DNA of 32,000 bases, taken from contig NZ_RSDW01000001.1 in the NCBI RefSeq assembly GCF_003945235.1, forward strand, positions 2,820,001-2,852,000, in the 5' to 3' direction. The stretch is from Edaphobacter aggregans. Lineage in GTDB: Bacteria; Acidobacteriota; Terriglobia; Terriglobales; Acidobacteriaceae. The first letter of the stretch is position 1, and each line of letters opens with the position of its first letter. The position numbers and the translations under genes were made by a program. A model generated the notes under the pieces. The model was not told where the DNA came from. It saw only the letters and a program-made list of their open reading frames with translations, and did no database searches. Positions 26,168-32,000 of the stretch are shown here, one piece after another.

Positions 26168-26917
26168 CTACCAATCGTCCGTCTCCGTCATACCCATCAC
26201 ATTCGGGTTTTTGCCGCATTGACCGCTCTTGCAGAACGCCTCCGCAGCCGCAATATATTGCGTCCAGTCCTTGGCGATCCCCACTTGCGCCTTCTTCAGG
26301 GACATCGTTCCGTTCCTCACCTGCTCCCCCAGGTACAGCTCTACTTTGTCTTTCTCCTTGAAATACCGTGCGTTTAGAGCCGCCCCATCCGGTCCGCACT
26401 GCGGCCAGATATTGTCCAGCGTATCCGCGCCTCCCAGGTACAGCGGCACCAGATGGTCCAGTTCGCAGGTCTGATTCTGCCCTTGATTGTCCTGGGGTTT
26501 GGATTGCGAATACCACCCATACGTCTTCGCCTTCTCATCAGCTGAAGTCGCCTTATTCCGCACGCAATCCGTCCGAAAATCAGGATCCTTCAATACCGTG
26601 ACCGTAAGCGTCGAATTGACTGCGCCAGGCGTGCACTTCGGATCAGGCAGGAGATGCCCCTTCTTTTGGTGCGGCTTGCATGAACCATCGTTCGGCACAT
26701 TGAATACCGCTAAGGCCTGGTCATCCTTTATCTTGATCTCGACTGGACAGGCCGGCTGAGCCAACGGAACACTCTGCGCCTGTATCTGCAAAGGCAAGCT
26801 TGCCGTCAGTGGTGGCGCGACTGGTGGCTGCTTGTGAGCGCATCCGGACAACCCAAAGCTCCAAAGACAGAAAAAGCAGCCAAAGAAACCGGAATCGATC
26901 CCTTTACCATCGCGCAC
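26168..26917 (-). CDS. Lipoprotein with C-terminal HNH-type nuclease domain
   Basis: Canonical lipobox 'FGLSGC'. Cys-rich middle region. HNH core 'CELDHLVPLYLGGADTLDNIWPQ' followed by 'KEKDKVELYLGEQVRNGTMSLKKAQVGIAKDW'. Many T/A/G-ending codons compared with neighbours. Confidence 0.72.
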   Translation of the reverse strand: MRDGKGIDSGFFGCFFCLWSFGLSGCAHKQPPVAPPLTASLPLQIQAQSVPLAQPACPVEIKIKDDQALAVFNVPNDGSCKPHQKKGHLLPDPKCTPGAVNSTLTVTVLKDPDFRTDCVRNKATSADEKAKTYGWYSQSKPQDNQGQNQTCELDHLVPLYLGGADTLDNIWPQCGPDGAALNARYFKEKDKVELYLGEQVRNGTMSLKKAQVGIAKDWTQYIAAAEAFCKSGQCGKNPNVMGMTETDDW

Positions 26918-27055
26918 CTACCGTTGGAGTTAACTTCTTCAAAGCATATTCTTTGCTACGGAGAGTCACTCTAACCGCCCACGCCGCATGCGCCTAATAA
27001 AAAATGAACCACCCCTCTCCGTTACCCACTCTTAAGTGAGGTCGGAGGCCCTTGC

Positions 27056-27955
27056 ATGAACCGGTCAGCTTCACCCGCCCCAACCACCCCGTTCTCCGTC
27101 CAACCGCCCCTTCCGGCCACCTTCGCAGACTGTCGCGCCGCCTTCCGTAAACTCCACGAAACCGGACTCTTCGTCATCCCCAACCCATGGGACATTGGCA
27201 CCGCACGCTATTTGCGTTCGCTCGGATTCAAAGCTCTGGCCACCACCAGCTCCGGCTTCGCTTTCACTCAAGGACTGCCTGACACCGACTGGGCCATTCC
27301 CCGCGACATGGCCCTCGAGCACGTCGCCTCCATAGCCGCCTCGGTCAATCTCCCCGTCAACGCCGACTTCGAATCCGGCTATGCCCACGAACCTGAAGTC
27401 GTGGCTCATAATGTTACCCTCTGCGTCGCCACCGGCATCGCCGGCCTCTCCATCGAAGACGCCACCGGCGACCACGAATCCCCACTTTACGATTTACCGC
27501 TCGCCGTCGAACGCATTCAAGCCGCCCGAGCCGCCATCGACGCCTCAGGCACCGGAGTCCTCCTCACCGCGCGCGCCGAGTGCTTCCTCGTCGGCCACCC
27601 AGACCCTCTCAACGAGTCCCTACGCCGCCTCGAAGCCTATGCCGCCGCCGGAGCCGACGTTCTCTACGCCCCCGGCCCCACAAAGCGTGCCGACATCGAA
27701 GCCATCGTCGCCGCCGTCCATCCCAAGCCCGTCAATGTCCTTCTCACCTCCAGCAAAAACCTCCAACTCGACGATCTCGCCACCATCGGAGTCCGCCGCG
27801 TCAGCGTAGGCTCCGCACTCTCCCGCGCCGCATGGACCGGCTTCATCAACGCAGCCCGTCGCATCGCTCTCGACTCCGACTTCTCCGGTTTCGACGACTC
27901 CGTACCCTACGCCGAGCTCAACGACTTCTTCCGCAAAGACCTCGCCCAACGCTAG
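27056..27955 (+). CDS. Isocitrate lyase / PEP mutase family enzyme (2-methylisocitrate-lyase-like)
   Basis: 'LFVIPNPWDIGTARYLRSLGFKALATTSSGFA', 'VNADFESGY', 'AGLSIEDA', 'GADVLYAPG'. GGAGG RBS. Exact activity cannot be assigned. Confidence 0.85.
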   Translation: MNRSASPAPTTPFSVQPPLPATFADCRAAFRKLHETGLFVIPNPWDIGTARYLRSLGFKALATTSSGFAFTQGLPDTDWAIPRDMALEHVASIAASVNLPVNADFESGYAHEPEVVAHNVTLCVATGIAGLSIEDATGDHESPLYDLPLAVERIQAARAAIDASGTGVLLTARAECFLVGHPDPLNESLRRLEAYAAAGADVLYAPGPTKRADIEAIVAAVHPKPVNVLLTSSKNLQLDDLATIGVRRVSVGSALSRAAWTGFINAARRIALDSDFSGFDDSVPYAELNDFFRKDLAQR

Positions 27956-27992
27956 CCCTGGCCTGCAGCCCAAAAGGGTGTAGCCTTCTTTC

Positions 27993-29468
27993 GTGAAGCG
28001 AGAAGCCGCCAAAGAGGAAGCCGCCGAACTGCTCACCATCGACGGCCACGAAGTCCGCGTCACGCACCCCGACAAGCTCTACTTCTCCAAACAAGTCCAG
28101 CTTACAAAGCTCGATCTCGTCCGCTACTACCTCTCCATCGCCCCCGGAGCTCTCAACGGCATCCGCGACCGCCCCATCGTCCTCAAACGCTTCGTCAACG
28201 GAGCCGAAGCCGAGGCCTTCTACCAAAAGCGCGCCCCCTCCGACCGCCCCTCCTTCCTCCGCACCGTCACCCTCTCCTTCCCCTCAGGCCGCACCGCCGA
28301 AGAGCTAGTCGTCGACAACCCCGCCGGCCTGGCGTGGATCGTCAACCTGGGCTGCATCGAGCTCCACCCCCACCCCGTCCGCTCCGACGACCTCGACCAC
28401 CCCGACGAGCTCCGCGTCGACCTCGACCCCATCCCCGGCGTCCCCTGGTCCGACGTCCGCCTAGTCGCCTTCGAAGTCCAATCCCTCCTCACCGACCTCG
28501 GTCTCCGCGGCTGGCCCAAGACCAGCGGCTCCCGCGGCATGCACATCAACATCCGTATCCATCCCCGCTGGACCTTCACCGAAGTTCGTCGCGCCGCGCT
28601 TGCCCTCTCCCGAGCCGTCGAACGCCGCGTCCCCACCCTCGCCAGCTCCAAGTGGTGGAAAGAGGAGCGCCACGGCGTCTTCCTCGACTACAACCAGAAC
28701 GCCAAAGATCGCACCACCGCCTCCGCCTACTCCGTCCGCCCGCTCCCCGACGCGCGCGTCTCTACGCCTCTCCACTGGCACGAGGTCGCCGACTGCGATC
28801 CCGCCGCCTTCACCGTCCTCACCGTCCCCGTCCGGTTCTCCCAGATCGGAGACCCCCACGTCGACATGGACGCACACCCCGGCACCCTCGAACCTCTCCT
28901 CGAAATAGCCGCCCAAGACGAATCCACCGGCCTCGGCGACGCTCCCTGGCCCCCACACTTTCGCAAGATGGAAGGCGAAGCTCCCCGCGTAGCACCCTCC
29001 CGAGCCAAAAAATCCACCACAGAAAAATCCTTCTCCCATCAACTAGACGAAGGATTCGGCGCCCAACGCTTCCGCAAGCGCTCCAAAACCATAGAAGAGG
29101 GCGACGCTACTATTTCAGAGCCGCCTCAAGCAGATTCAGCCCCGAAGCCACGCCGCACACGAGTTTCGACCCAACCACTCATCACCATCGCTAACTCCCC
29201 AGACAAACAAGCCGCCCTCGAAGGCCTCGAACGCTGGAAAACTCGCTACCCTGAAGTCGCCAATCACCTCGCTATCGACGACATCCTCATCGACTCCATG
29301 CGAGGCCGCTCCTCCACCTGGACCCGCATCCGAGTCAACCTCCGCCATATCCTCGAAGACCTCCGCCCCCCGCAAGAGACTCCCGACCCCGACGACGACC
29401 CCACCCGCGAGTGGCGCACCCTCCACGCCACAGCTAAACGCACGGCAAAAAAATCCGGCGGTTCGTGA
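27993..29468 (+). CDS. Stand-alone AEP primase-polymerase (LigD Pol-domain / Prim-PolC-like) with ~150-aa C-terminal extension
   Basis: AEP motifs: 'ELRVDLDP' (DxD), 'TSGSRGMHINI' (SGxRGxH), 'VFLDYNQN'. The Pol domain seems to end near 'WPPHFRKMEGEAPRVAPSR' (aa ~337 of 491). GTG start. Confidence 0.88.
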   Translation: MKREAAKEEAAELLTIDGHEVRVTHPDKLYFSKQVQLTKLDLVRYYLSIAPGALNGIRDRPIVLKRFVNGAEAEAFYQKRAPSDRPSFLRTVTLSFPSGRTAEELVVDNPAGLAWIVNLGCIELHPHPVRSDDLDHPDELRVDLDPIPGVPWSDVRLVAFEVQSLLTDLGLRGWPKTSGSRGMHINIRIHPRWTFTEVRRAALALSRAVERRVPTLASSKWWKEERHGVFLDYNQNAKDRTTASAYSVRPLPDARVSTPLHWHEVADCDPAAFTVLTVPVRFSQIGDPHVDMDAHPGTLEPLLEIAAQDESTGLGDAPWPPHFRKMEGEAPRVAPSRAKKSTTEKSFSHQLDEGFGAQRFRKRSKTIEEGDATISEPPQADSAPKPRRTRVSTQPLITIANSPDKQAALEGLERWKTRYPEVANHLAIDDILIDSMRGRSSTWTRIRVNLRHILEDLRPPQETPDPDDDPTREWRTLHATAKRTAKKSGGS

Positions 29469-29474
29469 GACCTC

Positions 29475-30563
29475 TCACCGCCCGCTCGCAAAGACCTCTC
29501 TCAACTCCTCAGGAGGCACCACCTCCAACTGCGCATACGTACAATCCTCCGGCCGCTTGTCCGTCCGCCATCGCCTGAAGTGAGCCATGTGCCGAAACCG
29601 CCTTCCCTGCATATGTTCATAGGCGACCTCCGCCACAAGCGCCGGCCGCAGCGGCTCCCACGACAAATCCTTCCCCTGACTCCACCGGCTTTGCCCACCC
29701 GGCATGCGCTTTCCTTCATTTTCGGTTTGAAACTCTGCCCAGCCCCGCCACGGATGTCCATCCAGCGCACCCCTGCGATAGGGCTCCAGAAAATCCACCA
29801 GCTCTCTCCGCTTCGCCTGCCTAAAGCTCGCGCACACCCCCACGTGTTGCAGCGCGCCCTCCGAATCAAACAGCCCCAGCAGCAGCGATCCAATCGCCGT
29901 TCCTTCGCCATCCTTATGCCACCGAAATCCGGCCACCAAGCAGTCGCAATCCCGCTCATGCTTCACCTTCAGCATCGTGCGTTTATTTGGTTCATAGATG
30001 CCCGTCGCAGGCTTAGCCATCACACCATCCAGCCCCGCACCCTCAAACCGCCTGAACCAATCCAACGCCACACTCGAATCTCGCGTCGCCGGCGTGATAT
30101 GAACCGGAGGCCTCGCCCCGGCAAGCAGCCTTTCCAACTCCGCACGCCGCGCCTCAAACGGCTCTCCCCGAAGATCGCGCTCCCCTACACACAGCAGATC
30201 GAAAAACACCACCGACGCTGGAATTTCTTTCGATAGCAGCTTCACTCTCGTAGCTGCGGGATGAAGCCGCAGCTGCAACGCTTCGAAGTCCAACCCGCCC
30301 GCACCTGCGATTACCACCTCGCCATCCAGCACGCATTTCCCCGGCAACTGCTCACGCAGCGTCTCCACGACTTCAGGAAAGTACCGATCCAGCGGCTTCA
30401 AATCGCGGCTTTGAATCTGCAGTTCATCACGATCCCGAAACACCAGCGCCCGAAATCCATCCCACTTCGGTTCGAAGATCCACGCACCTTCCGTCGGGAT
30501 CTCATCCACTCGCTTGGCGAGCATCGGCGCAACCGGCGGATTTACGGGAAGCTGCACCGCCAC
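29475..30563 (-). CDS. ATP-dependent DNA ligase, LigC-like (adenylation + OB domains only)
   Basis: Motif I 'EPKWDGFR' (Lys33), 'VFFDLL', 'DGVMAK', 'MLKVKHERD'. N-terminus 'LPVNPPVAPMLAK' is typical of bacterial LigC / LigD ligase domains. GTG 30563 with GAGG 9 nt upstream. 362 aa with no Pol or phosphoesterase domains. Confidence 0.9.
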   Translation of the reverse strand: MAVQLPVNPPVAPMLAKRVDEIPTEGAWIFEPKWDGFRALVFRDRDELQIQSRDLKPLDRYFPEVVETLREQLPGKCVLDGEVVIAGAGGLDFEALQLRLHPAATRVKLLSKEIPASVVFFDLLCVGERDLRGEPFEARRAELERLLAGARPPVHITPATRDSSVALDWFRRFEGAGLDGVMAKPATGIYEPNKRTMLKVKHERDCDCLVAGFRWHKDGEGTAIGSLLLGLFDSEGALQHVGVCASFRQAKRRELVDFLEPYRRGALDGHPWRGWAEFQTENEGKRMPGGQSRWSQGKDLSWEPLRPALVAEVAYEHMQGRRFRHMAHFRRWRTDKRPEDCTYAQLEVVPPEELREVFASGR

Positions 30564-30598
30564 ATGGTATACCTCGCACCCATGGCGTCACGACGGCC

Positions 30599-30988
30599 TT
30601 AGCCAACATCCAGAAATCGCCGAGACAATTCCTCCAGCGTCGCCCCCGGCTCCCCACACAACCCACTATGCGCCGGCGACACCTGAATCATCGTGCTCCG
30701 CGGCGAGACCAGCCAGTGAAAGCGCTCCCGCTGTGTCAGCCGCGCAATCGGTCCCGCCGAAGCATCTCCCGCTGCAATCTTCGGAATCGCCTCCAGATGT
30801 TTTCGCACCAACTCCACGTCTAACTCAGGCCACAGAGCCTTCAGCCGCGCCTCATTCACCTGCACACGCGCCGCCAGAAACCGCTGCTCCAGGCAGAAGA
30901 CGATTACGCCCGCATTGATGAATTCCCCTCGCTCGACACGCGGAACGACGCGGACGACGGCGTAATCAAACGAGCTCGGCACGAGCAC
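30599..30988 (-). CDS. DUF3037 domain protein
   Basis: 'FDYAVVRVVPRVERGEFINAGVIVFC...AGPIARLTQRERFHWLVSPRSTMIQVSPAHSG' matches my recollection of DUF3037. Start set to GTG 30988 with GAGGAGG exactly 6 nt upstream. It overlaps the last 23 nt of the upstream kinase gene. The track ORF (to 31105) is over-extended. Confidence 0.8.
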   Translation of the reverse strand: MLVPSSFDYAVVRVVPRVERGEFINAGVIVFCLEQRFLAARVQVNEARLKALWPELDVELVRKHLEAIPKIAAGDASAGPIARLTQRERFHWLVSPRSTMIQVSPAHSGLCGEPGATLEELSRRFLDVG

Positions 30989-31793
30989 GGATGGCCTCCT
31001 CGACAAAATTTCTTGAAGCCTGCAACCGCCTGACGAAGAACTCCACGTACGCGGCCCGCCGGGCAGCCACAGCTGCCACACTGCCATCAGTCCCGAGCCA
31101 CGCATCCGGCGCCTCCGCCAGAATCTCTTGAAACACCACCGGATTCAAGCGCGACCTCGCCGCCAAATCCGCCTCCTCCATGCCGGTTGCCCACGGCAGC
31201 AAAATATGGTGCCGCACATCCGCAAATGCGCCAGGGGCCTTCTGCTCTGCCGTCTGCCAATTGTGGTGAAAGAACAGCGCTGCTCCGTGGTCGATGAAGT
31301 AAAGCTTTCGGTGCCAGCAGAGCAGATTGGCGTTGCGCGGTGTGCGATCCACGTTCATCACAAACGCGTCGAACCACACTGCCATTGAAGCCGTTTGCGC
31401 GTCCGCTATATCGCCTGCTGCCGGGTCAAACATGGTTGATCCGGGCAGATAGTCCAGCGCCAGATTCTTTCCCGCACTTGCTTTCAGCAGGTCGCGGATC
31501 TCCTGATCGGGTTCGTTGCGTCCCAACGCAGCGTCTACCTCGGCAAAGACAAGCTCTGGAACACGCAGGCCTAGTGCTCGGCCGATCTCACCGGCTACTA
31601 GCTCTGCGACCAGGGCCAGGGGGCCTTGTCCGGCTCCGCGGAACTTGAGTACGTACATTCCGAGATCGTCCGCTGTCACGATTGCGGGCAGGGAACCGCC
31701 TTCCCTGAGGGCTGTGACGTACTGGGTTGCTCGAACCGTGCGGATCATTCCTTTGAGTGTAGCGGCACCAAAATGTGACATTTTTTTTGACAT
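30966..31793 (-). CDS. HipA-family (HipA_C-like) protein kinase, short form
   Basis: 'REGGSLPAIVTADDLGMYVLKFRGAGQGPLALVAELVAGEIGRALGLRVPE', catalytic-loop-like 'NVDRTPRNANLL', and 'YFIDHGAA'. Start uncertain: ATG 31793, or ATG 31748 (MIRTVRATQYV), which I recall as the usual family N-terminus. Confidence 0.8.
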   Translation of the reverse strand: MSKKMSHFGAATLKGMIRTVRATQYVTALREGGSLPAIVTADDLGMYVLKFRGAGQGPLALVAELVAGEIGRALGLRVPELVFAEVDAALGRNEPDQEIRDLLKASAGKNLALDYLPGSTMFDPAAGDIADAQTASMAVWFDAFVMNVDRTPRNANLLCWHRKLYFIDHGAALFFHHNWQTAEQKAPGAFADVRHHILLPWATGMEEADLAARSRLNPVVFQEILAEAPDAWLGTDGSVAAVAARRAAYVEFFVRRLQASRNFVEEAIRARAELV

Positions 31794-31846
31794 GGTTTTT
31801 GGTGTGGTTTTTTGCGAAAAATGGGCGTAGTTTGTGGTTTTTGGTG
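31793..31846. repeat. Direct repeats TGGTTTTTGGTG (x2, 42 bp apart) plus a third TGGTTTTT copy
   Basis: Exact 12-mers at 31793-31804 and 31835-31846, with a shorter copy at 31805-31812. They sit in a ~110-nt stretch that is G/T-rich on plus (C/A-rich, G-poor on the kinase-coding strand), directly upstream of the kinase ORF. Confidence 0.7.
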
Positions 31847-32000
31847 GTTACTAAGCGGTAAAAAGTGTGGCTAGGATGGTTAGCGGACGGCTTGTTTTTT
31901 GGTTCCCCTCCGACTCTGTAGGTCCAAAATCCACGGCTTTGGTCCCTGCGATTGAGAGAAGGATAGGTCTAACCTTATCTCCTTCTATTCTCGTATTTTG

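Noticed and set aside
27993-30563. Calling the Prim-Pol + ligase pair a classical LigD/Ku NHEJ locus
   Set aside because: No Ku-like ORF is present in the window. The ligase and polymerase are separate polypeptides and no phosphoesterase domain is present. A LigC/Prim-PolC-type assignment fits better, though ku could lie outside the window.
31794-32000. Abrupt switch to G/T-rich plus strand at the right edge, considered as a GC-skew switch or replication origin
   Set aside because: Only ~200 bp are visible. I found no cluster of good DnaA boxes (TTATCCACA/TGTGGATAA); the best matches are 6-7 of 9. It is more simply the leader/promoter region of the kinase operon.

Overview
High-GC bacterial chromosomal segment with about 37 protein-coding genes, one decayed pseudogene and several intrinsic-terminator-like hairpins. 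I recognised no rRNA, tRNA, CRISPR array, transposase or integrase. All family calls come from reading the supplied translations and the DNA (motif recognition), not from database searches. Left to right: partial GT-C-like membrane protein; DUF2251-like protein; divergent GNAT/LysR pair; NT5C-type deoxyribonucleotidase; COG1579 zinc-ribbon coiled-coil protein; membrane-anchored pseudokinase-SPOR fusion; DUF1254/DUF1214 secreted protein with a coupled 71-aa Gly/Ala-zipper mini-protein; a frameshifted alpha/beta-hydrolase remnant and a long non-coding gap; acpP-fabF; MscS-family channel; an orphan 196-aa protein; a sialate O-acetylesterase-like enzyme; a Yip1-family membrane protein; an orphan 4-TM protein with discordant codon bias. 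Then comes a ~10-kb minus-strand array: yajC-secD-secF, tonB-exbB-exbD-exbD, a third exbD, a TPR lipoprotein, and biotin carboxylase plus a separate biotinyl carrier. After that: a lipoprotein HNH nuclease and an ICL/PEP-mutase family enzyme. At the right end, a stand-alone AEP primase-polymerase lies convergent with a LigC-type ATP-dependent DNA ligase. The ligase appears co-transcribed with an overlapping HipA-family kinase / DUF3037 gene pair. That kinase-DUF3037-ligase unit, with no Ku in the window, is my best candidate for an uncharacterised system. Gene content and a 'GTCATCCTGAGCGAAG...CGAAGGACC' intergenic motif suggest Acidobacteriota (Terriglobia), by inference only. The plus strand is markedly C-rich at wobble positions, so most long antisense ORFs in the track are shadows.
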